Source: Patescibacteria group bacterium (GTDB taxonomy: Bacteria; Patescibacteriota; Patescibacteriia; UBA9570). From it: DNA of 64,000 nt. The notes below the pieces were generated by a model. The model saw only the letters and a program-made list of their open reading frames with translations, ran no database searches and was not told the origin of the DNA. This document shows, one piece after another, positions 10,794 to 23,194 of the stretch (position 1 is its first letter; every line of letters begins with the position of its first letter). The translations under genes and the position numbers were made by a program. The stretch is from NCBI GenBank assembly GCA_024277435.1, contig JAJRVJ010000005.1, forward strand, positions 25,747 through 89,746, in the 5' to 3' direction.

Positions 10794-11612
10794 TTAATCA
10801 ATATTAGAATTTACAACATATACTACTGATGGAACTGGTACAGAAACATTGTTATACTCTACATCACTTCCTTGTATAGCTATACCCGTAGAGGTACCAC
10901 CGTCTAAATTCAAGGCCATGTCCAAATTTAGGTCAAGGCTATTAACAAGTACACTACTTAATTCACTCAATGTCAGTACTCCATATTCTGCAACTATAAA
11001 ATAGAAATATCCATCTGCATCGTTTGCAATTACAGTTCGTTGCGCTACCTTGCCAGAGCTAGTTTGTACATTAACCTCACCATCGTCAATTAATACAGGA
11101 TACGATTGAATGGAATAGTCAGCCACTCCTGTGCGAGAGTCATCACTTGTGATGATTTCCCAGTCACCACCTACACTACGAACAAATCCTGTAGAATCAC
11201 TTAGTATTGGGCCATGAGATTCATCATTAACAACCGTACGCGTTGTAAGATCGTATATTTCAGTAAAATACGATGCATTAATAACCGCTGTGGCGGATAA
11301 ATCTTCCATCCACTGATTTACTGTTTTTGGAGCAGTGGTATCTACAGCCACTTGCAATGAAACCGTATCAGGAGCAAATTTTAATACGGATATTTTTTCT
11401 TGTTTCGCATCTAAATCAACAATATATTGCCTAAAATGCATCTCAGGGTCAGTTGCATCAACCTGCGTCCAAGATTGGTAATCGGATTCATTAACAATTA
11501 TTGGATCACCACCCGTATTTAGAGCTGTGAAATCAAGGGTAATAGAATCATCAGTACAACCAGCACCTAAGACCACAATAGATAAAATACAAAAACTCAA
11601 TAGCTTGTTCAT
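10794..11612 (-). CDS. phosphodiester glycosidase (NAGPA/DUF2233) family lipoprotein
   Basis: Lipobox GAGC after MNKLLSF (ATG at 11612); INASYF, QRTVIA, ALNLDGGTS motifs. Confidence 0.85.
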   Translation of the reverse strand: MNKLLSFCILSIVVLGAGCTDDSITLDFTALNTGGDPIIVNESDYQSWTQVDATDPEMHFRQYIVDLDAKQEKISVLKFAPDTVSLQVAVDTTAPKTVNQWMEDLSATAVINASYFTEIYDLTTRTVVNDESHGPILSDSTGFVRSVGGDWEIITSDDSRTGVADYSIQSYPVLIDDGEVNVQTSSGKVAQRTVIANDADGYFYFIVAEYGVLTLSELSSVLVNSLDLNLDMALNLDGGTSTGIAIQGSDVEYNNVSVPVPSVVYVVNSNID

Positions 11613-11625
11613 ACAGCCTACAATA

Positions 11626-12321
11626 TCACGAAAACTGACGAGATACAAACTGAATGAGATCTCCATTTCTTTGCAGCCATGCTTGCGAAGCTTTACGGCT
11701 TGAACTGTAGGTATCAACTAATTTCCAAAATTCCTTCGAGTGATTCAATTCGGAGATATGCACCAATTCATGAATAGCAACATACCCCTGAACATACGTA
11801 GGAGCGCACAAAAGCTTCCAATTCATACTAATAGAGCCCTTATTAGAACAGCTTCCCCACCGACTACTCTGACCGCGAATACTTAAGCGTTGATACGCAA
11901 TGCCAGACAATTGAGAATATTCATCTAGTATAGATGTAAATTGCTTACGCGCCTTTCGTTTGACCCATTGAGCATACATGCGTTTAATTTCGCTAATTGC
12001 ACTATCTCGATTACTTAATTGAATTACACCTCCTTGCATTATTACCCTTCTTGGGCCAGATATAATCTCTATAGATCTGGGCTCACCATTCCATAACGTT
12101 GTGCCACCATCCTGGAATTGATAACGCGCAAATCGCTTCTGGTCATATTCAATTGCGTTTAACTGCTCCTCTATCCATGGCCTATGCCTTCGTAATATTC
12201 TCTGTACATACGCATCCGATAGCTTTTTTGGCATTACAACGCGCAAACCATCGATAGGTGAAACCGTAAACGATAATCGCTTAGCTCGTGGATTAACAAC
12301 CGTAGTATATTCAAGATTCAT
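11626..12321 (-). CDS. YgjP/DUF45 (SprT-like) metal-dependent hydrolase
   Basis: SRWGSCS, YVAIHELVH..ELNHSKEFW. Confidence 0.9.
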   Translation of the reverse strand: MNLEYTTVVNPRAKRLSFTVSPIDGLRVVMPKKLSDAYVQRILRRHRPWIEEQLNAIEYDQKRFARYQFQDGGTTLWNGEPRSIEIISGPRRVIMQGGVIQLSNRDSAISEIKRMYAQWVKRKARKQFTSILDEYSQLSGIAYQRLSIRGQSSRWGSCSNKGSISMNWKLLCAPTYVQGYVAIHELVHISELNHSKEFWKLVDTYSSSRKASQAWLQRNGDLIQFVSRQFS

Positions 12322-12363
12322 TTGGTGTAAATACGTACCAATTTTTGTGTAATAGTAACTCTG

Positions 12364-13819
<1,456 letters not shown>

Positions 13820-13824
13820 TTACT

Positions 13825-15930
13825 CTAGTTAGCGTTTTTCTTCACAACAACACCATCGTCTGTTGTGCCTGGATCATTAGTAAGATTTGAAGTTACCTGA
13901 CCAGTTTGCGCCTGCACAGTTTCTTCGCTCGAGGTATCGACTGCAGTAAGAATAGATTCACTTAGGAGTACAAGTAATTTACCTTTATCTTCCTTCGTAG
14001 GCGTTACAGAAACTTCAAAATCAGCAAACTTGCTATCGCCATCTTTCACCGATCGTAAATTCAACGCAACTGTATTATTCGAGGAAGAATAACTAACCCT
14101 ATCATCACTAGAGCCTTCATACGTAACATTATCCAGTAATGTAGTTTGTACTTGCAAGTCCTCCATATTTCCACCGCTTGACGCAACTGTCCAACGAATA
14201 ACATATGTTGTAGTACTACCTACTTTTGGCGGTAACGGCCCATCACCTAGCTTTGTAAGATCGTCATCATAATATCGCGCTTCACTCTCAAGACTTACAT
14301 TACCCTGTAGTTGAGTTTCTGCTTCTACGGAAGTATCAAACTCAATAGACGATCCACCCACCTCAGCAGATGCCACGCTAAATGTAGAGGTAATTTTAGA
14401 AACATCATTTGGTAATACGTCCTTCACGGTGGTAATATATTCAATATCAATAGATTCACCGGCTTCTAGAATTTCAATTGTATCCAACTCAACCTCGCTA
14501 GTATCAACAGCTTTGCCAGAAAACTGTAACTGCAACTGAATTTGTTCAATATCAACTTCAGATGAATTCTCAATACTTAATGTAAGTGGCAACACATCAC
14601 CAGCGCTAGCAAATTGTGGAGCCTCTATAGTAAGTTGCAATTCTGGATTCACAATAAGAATGTCATCACTAGCTTCGGCTTGGATGTTAAAAAATCCATC
14701 CGGTTCTTGAATACCAACCTGTGTAATCATTGTTAACGTTGTTCCTCCATCAGCTGTTACCTCACCCTTTATCTTTACCTTCTCACTAGCTCCAGGAGCT
14801 ATTTCATCAAACAGCCAAGTATGATCACTTTTATCTGCTGTTGGATCAGCTGAGGTTGCGTTAAATCCATCTGGATAATCAATAAATGCCTTAACATTCA
14901 CTAGTGATAACTCTTAATTATTTGTAAATGAATAGATATACTGAATCTCTTCACCGGAACGAGCTTGTTCTATAACATTAGTATCAACCTCAATAATAGA
15001 CTCATCTAACACCACGCTAGTATGAGCTGATTCCTGAAAATCAGAACTAAAATTCTCTGGAGTATACGTAAGTAATGCTGTAATCTCCTTCTGGTCATTA
15101 GTCTGCCCTACTAACTGCCCTATAATAACAATAGTTCCTGACGTACCTGGTTGAACACCTGCTATATCCCACTTATTAGTGGTAGCATCTCGTGGTTGCG
15201 GATCGGATGATCGAAAATAAAAACCTTGTGTAAATACCAACTCAAGTGCACCAGAATCAATTGTAGATTGTGTATTATTAGTATATGTAACCGTGAGCTC
15301 TAATTGATCACCAGATGCAAGCCGTTCAACTGTTTCAAGCTCAAGAGTAACTTCTCCGCTCCCAACCTCTGCTCGATTAGGACCAAATACTAAATACCCA
15401 AGCGCAGCAGCTACAAAAGATAACACAACAATAATAACAGTAAATGACGTTAAAATTGTACGAGTATTATTTTTTCGTTCCAAGGTTGTCATATCAACTG
15501 TTTCATCACCCTCTTCATTCTTATAGAGGTCAAAAAAATCATCCTGGATATCTTCGGTGGATTCTTCTTCATCACCCTCATCCTGGTCTTCATCCTCCTC
15601 GGTATCTTCTTCGTCCTCAATTACATCATCTTCATCGGCGCCTTCTGGTTCAGAATCCTCATCAAATTCATCAGTAGTCATTTCTTGATCAAGTCCCTCA
15701 TCTTGTCCCAAAATCTCCTCACTAACCAATTTTTCTTCTGTAACTTCTTCCTCTACTTTAACTGGTTGTTTTGGTTTACGAGTAGATTTCTTTTTAGGCT
15801 TTGCTTTTGTAGCTTTTCTAGTTGTTTTCTTTGTAACTTTACTGGCAGATTTCCTACTAGGTTTTCCGTTAGATACGGATCCTCCTTTGGCGGACTTTCC
15901 AGAATTTTTAGTTGTAGTCTTATTTGGCAT
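13825..15930 (-). pseudogene. bitopic surface protein (basic then acidic disordered N-terminus, TM, Ig-like repeats) split by one in-frame TAA at 14914-14916
   Basis: ORFs 14914..15930 and 13825..14901 are in the same frame: ...YSFTNN*ELSLVNVKAFIDYP... Confidence 0.7.
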
Positions 15931-15937
15931 ACGCCAA

Positions 15938-16567
15938 TTATACTAAAAATTTAGCTGTCTGTATATGCCTAGATAGCTGTTGATAGTACCAGTTGTTAAT
16001 AGCTTCCTGTAACTGCCTCCATTGTTGTAAGGATAACCGCAATTTCTGCACTTCATCAAATGATTCTTGCTCTAACCAACGCGCGATCTTACTTATATCT
16101 GTCTTAATAATCTCTTCCGCTAAATCATACCCTAACAATCGCACTAACTTTATAGCAAAGCTTGATAATGCCATCCGCTGTGCTCCGTGATGATCAATCC
16201 ACGTAAGTGCTGTATATAGTAATGTGTAGAGCGCTTGATCTTTCGACCCCTCTTCTGTGAGTTGCGTAACAAGCTCGGCGCAATACCAAGCACCATTCTG
16301 AGCCTCCAACTCTGTATGCATGCGCTCGAAGCGTTGCGTAACAACTGCTCCACCAATTTTATTCATTTGTTTACCTTGAATTAGGTACATATCAATCTCC
16401 GCAAATGGCTCTAATGATCCAGCTAACTTTGATTTAATTTTTTGCGTTCCATGAGCACGTAAACGCTGCTTCCCATAACCCTCTGTATACACAGTGTATA
16501 GCCGATCAGCCTCTTTCCATGGAATGTATCCAAGTACGATAGCTTTCGTATTTGTTGTATTTGCCAT
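15938..16567 (-). CDS. recO: DNA repair protein RecO
   Basis: KAIVL...EADRLYTVYTE.YGK..A.G..K..SKLAGSLEPF. Confidence 0.9.
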   Translation of the reverse strand: MANTTNTKAIVLGYIPWKEADRLYTVYTEGYGKQRLRAHGTQKIKSKLAGSLEPFAEIDMYLIQGKQMNKIGGAVVTQRFERMHTELEAQNGAWYCAELVTQLTEEGSKDQALYTLLYTALTWIDHHGAQRMALSSFAIKLVRLLGYDLAEEIIKTDISKIARWLEQESFDEVQKLRLSLQQWRQLQEAINNWYYQQLSRHIQTAKFLV

Positions 16568-16582
16568 GCAATATTGCTTTGT

Positions 16583-19399
16583 TTATGTGAATGCAATGAG
16601 AACAACTATACCATTCACTTTTAATTCTAACTCTCCAGTACCTTCGGTAATCGAATCTGCTCGCACAGCACCTTGTAATTCTTCAGCGAAATCATTCATC
16701 ACTTGCTTTACTAATGCATCGTCAGTTTGATATACAAGCCCTGTACGATCATTAATAGTTAAGCCCTGCTTTTTACGTTGTGCATTAATACCACGCACTA
16801 ATTCTCTATACATTCCTTCAGCTGCTAATTCAGGTGTTAATTCTGTATCTAGCCCTAACTCAGAACCCTCTTGCAACGCCTTCACATTTACTTCCGTCAT
16901 TAATACTTCATACAACTCCTCTGGTAATGTACTTAGTTGAGGAACGGTTGCCATCGCTAATGGCTGACGCACTTTTATGCCAGCCTCTTCTCGTGAAGCA
17001 AGTAATTTTTCTACCATACTACGTAAGGTATCCATATGCGTTAATAGATCTACATTTACGTATGCATCATTTACTTCCGGCCACATATCTAAATGCACTG
17101 AATCTTCAGGGCCATTCATATCTAGGTAAATGCGCTCTGTAACAAATGGAGTAAATGGGGCCAACATCTTCACTGTAGTAAGTAACACGTAACGCAATGT
17201 ACTAAGAGCAGCTAACTTTTCTTCAGTACTACCCTTAAAACGCGCTCGACTACGACGGAGGTACCATGTAGATACTTGATGCACTAGCTCCTCTAATTTT
17301 CGTGAGGCAGTTTGTAATTCGTAGGCTTCCATAGCTTCTGTAACATCTTTAACTATTTCTGAAGTATAGGCCAATACCCACTTATCCATAACATCATCCG
17401 ATTGTGGAATTTCTGGCACAGTTTCACCATCAGCAAACATTGCATAGAATGTATGCACGTTCCATAGCGTAAGAATTAATTTTTTCATCACCTGATCAAC
17501 GCCTTTTTCAGAAAAACGTAAATCTTCTGAGCGCACAACAGATGAACTCATCAAATACATACGCAGTGCATCTGCGCCATACTGCTCCATTACCTTGCCT
17601 GGTTCTGGATAATTCTTCAAACGCTTACTCATCTTCTTGCCATCCTCGGCTAATACCATGCCGTTCACAATCACATTCTCAAAAGCTGGTTTATCAAACA
17701 ATGCCGTACTTAATACGGTAAGCGTATAAAACCAACCACGCGTTTGATCTACGCCTTCCGCAATAAATTGAGCAGGGAAACCCGCCTCAAATTTTTCTTT
17801 ATTCTCAAATGGATAATGTTCCTGCGCGTATGGCATGGAACCGGATTCAAACCAACAATCTAATACCTGTGGTACACGCGTATATTTCTTACCATCTTTT
17901 TCTATTACCACCTTATCTACAAATTGTTTATGGAGATCATCCAATGCTTCACCTGTAAGATCTTCCAATTCTTGCGCGCTACCAACCACAATCGCATCAC
18001 CATCTTCCGCTAACCATACTGGCAATGGTGCGCCCCAATAGCGATCTCGAGATATTGCCCAGTCCTTAGCGCCTTCTAACCACTTACCAAAGCGACCATC
18101 CTTAATATGTTCAGGTAACCAATTCACTGTAGCATTATGTTTAATCATACGATCTTTCAGCTCTGTAACACGTACAAACCAAGAAGAGGTGGCGTAATTT
18201 AATAACGGCGTATCACAGCGCCAGCAATGTGGGTAGCTATGAAGATATTGCTCCTGGCGCCATACCAAATTCTTTGCCTCCATATCATCAACTAATTTCT
18301 GTTCTACATCTTTCACGTACTCATTAGCATACTCTGGCACCATCCCATTATAATGACCATTCATATCTACATCTATCAATACTGGCAAGTCATTCTTTTC
18401 AGCAGCCGTCATATCAATTTCACCATACGCTCCATTAATAGTTACAATACCAGTACCGTCGGTAACTTCAACATAATCACCTGCATATACCTTGTATGCA
18501 TTCGCGTTAGCTTGTACTTCAGGAAGATCTTTATACGATTGAATAATCGGCTCATAGTGCATTCCTACTAAATCACTACCCTTCATTTCTTCAACAACAA
18601 CGTAATCTGTAATATTATCTACTACGAACTCTAAACGAGCCTTCGCGCATACAACATATTCATCACCAATTTTTACTTTTACATACGTATGCTCGGGACT
18701 AATCGATAAACCAGTTGTACCCGGCGTACTCCATGGTGTAGTTGTCCAGGCTAATAAATATGTATCATCCTGATCTACAACTTTAAATTTCCAAACCACC
18801 GACAAATCTGCCACATCTTTATACCCCAGTGTTACTTCAAAATTGGATAATGTTGTTTCACAACGTGGACACACATGCATTGCCTTACGACCAAGATAAA
18901 TTAAATTATCATCATATAATTTCTTAAATGCCCACCATATTGATTCCGTATAACTAGAATCCATTGTCTTGTAGTCATTTTCCATGTCTACCCAGCGACC
19001 TAAGCGCTCGATGGTTACCTTCCATTCATCGGCATACTTAAGAACGCTTGCCTTGCAAGCCTCATTAAATTTATCTACACCAAGCTTTTCAATATCTTTC
19101 TTACTTTCTAAGCCTAATTCTTTTTCAATTAAATTTTCTAGCGGCAAACCATGACAATCCCATCCCCAACGCCGTTCTACACGAAAACCACGCATCGTAG
19201 CGTAACGCGGAATTACATCCTTCATTGTAGAAGCAATAATATGACCATAATGTGGTAAGCCGGTAGCAAATGGTGGTCCATCATAAAATACGAACCGATT
19301 ATCCTCCGGTCGCTCATTCACAGAACGTTCAAAAATTTTCTCTTTCTTCCAATGCTCTACGAGTTGTTGCTCCATTTCTGGAAAGTTCATTCGGGCCAT
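16583..19399 (-). CDS. ileS: isoleucine--tRNA ligase, type 2 (IleRS2)
   Basis: DGPPFATGLPHYGH, GWDCHGLP, WTTTPW, DQTRGWFY, KMSKR; ATG at 19399. Confidence 0.97.
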   Translation of the reverse strand: MARMNFPEMEQQLVEHWKKEKIFERSVNERPEDNRFVFYDGPPFATGLPHYGHIIASTMKDVIPRYATMRGFRVERRWGWDCHGLPLENLIEKELGLESKKDIEKLGVDKFNEACKASVLKYADEWKVTIERLGRWVDMENDYKTMDSSYTESIWWAFKKLYDDNLIYLGRKAMHVCPRCETTLSNFEVTLGYKDVADLSVVWKFKVVDQDDTYLLAWTTTPWSTPGTTGLSISPEHTYVKVKIGDEYVVCAKARLEFVVDNITDYVVVEEMKGSDLVGMHYEPIIQSYKDLPEVQANANAYKVYAGDYVEVTDGTGIVTINGAYGEIDMTAAEKNDLPVLIDVDMNGHYNGMVPEYANEYVKDVEQKLVDDMEAKNLVWRQEQYLHSYPHCWRCDTPLLNYATSSWFVRVTELKDRMIKHNATVNWLPEHIKDGRFGKWLEGAKDWAISRDRYWGAPLPVWLAEDGDAIVVGSAQELEDLTGEALDDLHKQFVDKVVIEKDGKKYTRVPQVLDCWFESGSMPYAQEHYPFENKEKFEAGFPAQFIAEGVDQTRGWFYTLTVLSTALFDKPAFENVIVNGMVLAEDGKKMSKRLKNYPEPGKVMEQYGADALRMYLMSSSVVRSEDLRFSEKGVDQVMKKLILTLWNVHTFYAMFADGETVPEIPQSDDVMDKWVLAYTSEIVKDVTEAMEAYELQTASRKLEELVHQVSTWYLRRSRARFKGSTEEKLAALSTLRYVLLTTVKMLAPFTPFVTERIYLDMNGPEDSVHLDMWPEVNDAYVNVDLLTHMDTLRSMVEKLLASREEAGIKVRQPLAMATVPQLSTLPEELYEVLMTEVNVKALQEGSELGLDTELTPELAAEGMYRELVRGINAQRKKQGLTINDRTGLVYQTDDALVKQVMNDFAEELQGAVRADSITEGTGELELKVNGIVVLIAFT

Positions 19400-19414
19400 A
19401 AATAATGTAAGAAT

Positions 19415-19597
19415 AATAAATAAAAAAGTGACACTTGCTGAGGGCCCCATACTACTGGGCGGTACCACCTCAATTTATCACTTCATTGTGAGACTGGTTA
19501 CGGATCTCTGCCGACCTGATCTACTTATCGTATATGATGTTCTGCAGGCTACGTTCCATATATGGATTCCCCCAGTGATAACCAGGGTCTAACGCAT
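19415..19597 (-). ncRNA. T-box riboswitch, Ile (AUC) specifier, ultra-short Stem I type
   Basis: Minus strand: GACCCTGGTT-ATC-ACTGGGGGA Stem I; Stem II CCTG/CAGG with AGAAC/AGTAG loop E; IIA/B CGG..CCG with GAGA/TCTC pseudoknot; Stem III TCAC/GTGA; T-box AATTGAGGTGGTACCGC (19459-19475); antiterminator GAGG/CCTC. Confidence 0.9.
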
Positions 19598-19631
19598 GTG
19601 TATATTGTACAGACAAAATATCACTAATTCT

Positions 19632-19925
19632 TCACTCTGTAAAGGCTAGGCGCTCTAATACTGCCGTATTCACAGATTCTGTAATAAGAATATTTTTCTC
19701 TGGTATGGTATCACCAAATGTAATAGCAATATGTTGCTTAGCTACATCTAACTGCCTTGCTAAAAAACTTACCAATTCTTTATTAGCCTTACCTTTCTCG
19801 GGTGGAGCTGCTATACGAATCTTTAAGCGATTACCAAGTAAGCCCATCACCTGTGTGGTGTGGGCCCCTGGAACTACTTTGATAAATAGTTGAGTAGTTG
19901 TTTCGTTATTACGATACCAACTCAT
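19632..19925 (-). CDS. DUF167/YggU family protein
   Basis: KVVPGA, LKIRIAAPPEKGKANKELVSFLA. Confidence 0.9.
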   Translation of the reverse strand: MSWYRNNETTTQLFIKVVPGAHTTQVMGLLGNRLKIRIAAPPEKGKANKELVSFLARQLDVAKQHIAITFGDTIPEKNILITESVNTAVLERLAFTE

Positions 19926-22900
19926 TTATGCTTCCATACGATCTTCAAGAGCGCTACGCATAGCTCCATAATCGTAAGATTTAAACTGTGCACCTCGTGT
20001 TTTTGTAAGGCGCATTGACGCAAGCATAGTTTTTCCGCCTCCCTGCATCTTTGCAGTTATTTGCGCAAGATCTGCAAAACGCGCTAACGTAGCTTCAAGG
20101 TCAAAGTCTGGCTCAACTACTTTCTCAGAATCAAGTAGTGATGCAATAAGCGCTTCAACATCATTCGCATCTAATCCCAAGCCAAATACATCACCAAATT
20201 CTGTCTTGTATGAACCTGGACGCATTAACCTTTCTACCAGAGCTTTATTTGAAGCAACAGCTTGATATAGGCCATACTCGTTAAAACGGAATGCATCGCG
20301 CGCGCGCAATGTACTTGGTGGCAACATGTTCTTAACAGCCTCCTGTACTCGTGCTTCATTTAATTTCCAAGCACCATCCGCATCACCTTCGCCGTCTTGA
20401 TATTCATAAAATCCAACTTGGGTTTGCCATGCCCCCGCACCAGCTTCTCTAGACTGTCGAAACACAGCTTCTATCCTCTCACAATAGCCACCAACTTGCG
20501 CAAGTGCCTCAACTGTTTTCTCTGCTTCACCGCCAGTAGTATTACTAATTACATCTAATACAATCTTCGAAAGATCTGGATACTCCAATAGAGATTCAAC
20601 ATATCTAGTAAGCGTATCAACTTTACCTTGTAAATCCAGAGCCTGTTCTGGCGCCGCCGCATCAACTTCTGCAACATCAATATTAGCCTCGGCAAATTGT
20701 TCGCCAGCCTGTTGTTCATCCGCCCCAACTGGAGGCTTAGCATTAGGATTAAAAATTTCAACACCTTTTATCCCAGCTTGTAAATTACGAATAACAACAG
20801 CCACTTGTTCTGTATTAATTTCTTCTTTCGTACCAGCGCCAATTGCTGACAAGAAAATATTATCTAACCTTTCATTCAAGTCTTTCCGATCCTCCGGTGC
20901 AACTGCAGATACCGCCTCACTTCTGCGTCGTAATCTACCACCACTCTTACCAAGTGCATTGCGCCAATCAGTATTACCACCACGACGTGATTCCATTTTT
21001 CTACGCTTTGCTTCTAACGCACTCAAGAGCTCATTGGCCATTTCCGCTCGTTGCGCAGCTGGAACACTAACAGTAGCCTCACGAAACGCCGACACAAATT
21101 CAGCTCCTACCATGCGCCGTGTAAATTTAACTGCTTCCCGGAAATTACCGATAAATGGAGCGTCAACAATAGCCTGCTCAGCGAACGATCGTAATGCAGC
21201 GGCATCCGGCTGTTTATTTTTTACATATCCAAAATGCGTGGCCAGCCTAATCATACGGGCCTTAAATAATCCAGCTCGGCGCTGCGCAAAAACAGCCATT
21301 TTCTTTGAATAGGGTTTTATTTTTTTCTCATCATCAGTCATTTCAAATTCTGGCCCTAACGGCTCGGCCTCTTCTGCACGATCCAATAACCCTAATAAGG
21401 TATTTTCAATATCACTCAATGAAGCACCGCCACGAGCATTCATAGCAACCACTACCTGATTAGGAACAATTTGATATAGTTCCTGCTGAGTTTTAAATAA
21501 TAATCGATCAATCTGGTTCAATTCAACATTCACACCGTCTTCTTCAATTTTTCGATGAGCTCGCATTCTATCTAAGCGATCCAATTTACGCACATATCCT
21601 GCCGGCTGTCTTCGCAACACAATACCCTCGGTACCTGCAACTGCTGCAACCGCTTCTACTCCCTCAGCAGCTTCCACTGCTTCAATCGCCTTACTACCTT
21701 TTACTAGCTCAACTTCACGCTCATGTGTAAATTCAATCGTTCTACCATTTTTATATTTTGGTGGCTCTCCTACACTGGGCATGTCGGCCCATTCCATTAA
21801 CATATCTTTAATTTGAAAAATATCCATATCAGCAAGTGGTTCTACAGATCTACCTATACCGACTGCTTTATGGGCTTCTTCAAGAAATGTATCAAAGTTT
21901 GGAATACGTCTACGCGCAGCATCAATATCCCGTTCTGTATCAAGATTCAAGCGCTCGGTACCACCAGCAGCATTTGTTACCTTAAGTTCAACGCTACCAA
22001 TAACTGCTCGTTCAGCAACTGCCACTTTTCGCAACACACGTTCGCGATGCTTTTGTTCTCTACTCGGACCATTACGATCGTAAGCTGATACGCGCTCATC
22101 AGTAACACTTTCCCGCATCACTTTCAAATCCTCAATCATCTGATCAATCTCACTTTGTAATTCAGGCACCGGATTACCTTCCGGAGTTAATACCTTCGCA
22201 ACTGCAGATGTTACATCAACTGTTGGAAAGCGCTTATCAGCCTTATTCCAGGTTCCCATTTTTTCAATCCTACTCCTATCATCCATTACATCCTCCAACC
22301 GTGAGCTACGCGCGCGCACCCACTCAGCCACTCCATTATATGCATCCAACTGGGTATTGCGCAGTGTTCCTTCAGCTAATCGAATCATATCCTCAATTGT
22401 GCGCGCACTTTTAACTCTACCACGTTCTTTTTTAACCGAAACAAATGTATCGCTTCCAGTAAGCCACTGCTTACCTGGTTCAGCAGCCATCGCAGCCAAC
22501 TGTTCGCGAGCGGCTGCCACAGCAGCATATCCACGATCTACAAATTGCCCTAAAAGTACTTTAGCAACACCTCTGGCAGCCTCATGTGTTTCAACGCCTT
22601 GCCTACCTTCAGTAAAATATTCCTCTCGCAACAATGCAACCTGTGCTGGTAGTGTACGCTCCTCATATTCACGCTCGTCACCTTCAAGAGCATCTCCAAG
22701 AACATCTACTAATCCTGGACGCAATTTTTTATCATATACTCTTGCAGCACCTCTATTTACCTTTGCTTCACGCTTTGGCTGCTCTCGCTTCCGTTTACGA
22801 GGAGCTCTTTCGGAACGCGGGCTTTGCGCTGTAGCGGCATCTGTTGTAGGTGCAGCATCAGAGCCAAGATCAGCAGCAAAGGCTGCAAGCATATCTGGAT

Positions 22901-22979
22901 CAACGGGTTCTCCAGCCTGCCCTGGTTGCACTACTGGATCTGGATTGGGTTTTCGAGCTCCTGGTTTTGATTCTGGCAT
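19926..22979 (-). CDS. large orphan alpha-helical protein (1017 aa)
   Basis: Long ORF, Pro-rich disordered N-terminus, charged helical content, no signal peptide or recognised domain. Confidence 0.8.
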   Translation of the reverse strand: MPESKPGARKPNPDPVVQPGQAGEPVDPDMLAAFAADLGSDAAPTTDAATAQSPRSERAPRKRKREQPKREAKVNRGAARVYDKKLRPGLVDVLGDALEGDEREYEERTLPAQVALLREEYFTEGRQGVETHEAARGVAKVLLGQFVDRGYAAVAAAREQLAAMAAEPGKQWLTGSDTFVSVKKERGRVKSARTIEDMIRLAEGTLRNTQLDAYNGVAEWVRARSSRLEDVMDDRSRIEKMGTWNKADKRFPTVDVTSAVAKVLTPEGNPVPELQSEIDQMIEDLKVMRESVTDERVSAYDRNGPSREQKHRERVLRKVAVAERAVIGSVELKVTNAAGGTERLNLDTERDIDAARRRIPNFDTFLEEAHKAVGIGRSVEPLADMDIFQIKDMLMEWADMPSVGEPPKYKNGRTIEFTHEREVELVKGSKAIEAVEAAEGVEAVAAVAGTEGIVLRRQPAGYVRKLDRLDRMRAHRKIEEDGVNVELNQIDRLLFKTQQELYQIVPNQVVVAMNARGGASLSDIENTLLGLLDRAEEAEPLGPEFEMTDDEKKIKPYSKKMAVFAQRRAGLFKARMIRLATHFGYVKNKQPDAAALRSFAEQAIVDAPFIGNFREAVKFTRRMVGAEFVSAFREATVSVPAAQRAEMANELLSALEAKRRKMESRRGGNTDWRNALGKSGGRLRRRSEAVSAVAPEDRKDLNERLDNIFLSAIGAGTKEEINTEQVAVVIRNLQAGIKGVEIFNPNAKPPVGADEQQAGEQFAEANIDVAEVDAAAPEQALDLQGKVDTLTRYVESLLEYPDLSKIVLDVISNTTGGEAEKTVEALAQVGGYCERIEAVFRQSREAGAGAWQTQVGFYEYQDGEGDADGAWKLNEARVQEAVKNMLPPSTLRARDAFRFNEYGLYQAVASNKALVERLMRPGSYKTEFGDVFGLGLDANDVEALIASLLDSEKVVEPDFDLEATLARFADLAQITAKMQGGGKTMLASMRLTKTRGAQFKSYDYGAMRSALEDRMEA

Positions 22980-23010
22980 AAGCGCAAATTGATATTAAAA
23001 ATTACCTAGT

Positions 23011-23039
23011 ATGATAGCAGAAAATTACTGCTCTGTCAA
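23011..23039 (-). promoter_or_regulatory. sigma70 promoter for the 1017-aa gene
   Basis: TTGACA-N17-TATCAT with extended TG. Confidence 0.75.
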
Positions 23040-23153
23040 GTCGAAATCGGCAGGATTCCATGCTTCTCGCAAAGCCGCCTCTTCTTCTTTTGATACAGCA
23101 TTAGGCTGCTTTTGCTCGTCTTCGTCTGTATATAATGTATGTGATTGATTCAT
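23025..23153 (-). CDS. unannotated 42-aa acidic peptide MNQSHTLYTDEDEQKQPNAVSKEEEAALREAWNPADFDLTEQ
   Basis: ATG 23153 to TAA 23025, fills the intergenic gap; C-terminus resembles that of the upstream giant protein. Confidence 0.6.
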   Translation of the reverse strand: MNQSHTLYTDEDEQKQPNAVSKEEEAALREAWNPADFDLTEQ

Positions 23154-23194
23154 AGTATTTTTTATATGTACCATTGTACTTATACGCTTTTTTA

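Noticed and set aside
14914-14916. Stop-codon reassignment as the cause of the in-frame stop
   Set aside because: The stop is TAA, which ends many genes here; TGA also ends genes normally (zwf, ECF sigma), so code 11 fits
19536-19538. Second ATC as the T-box specifier
   Set aside because: It lies in the paired upper part of Stem II; the ATC at 19577-19579 fits the ultra-short Stem I loop
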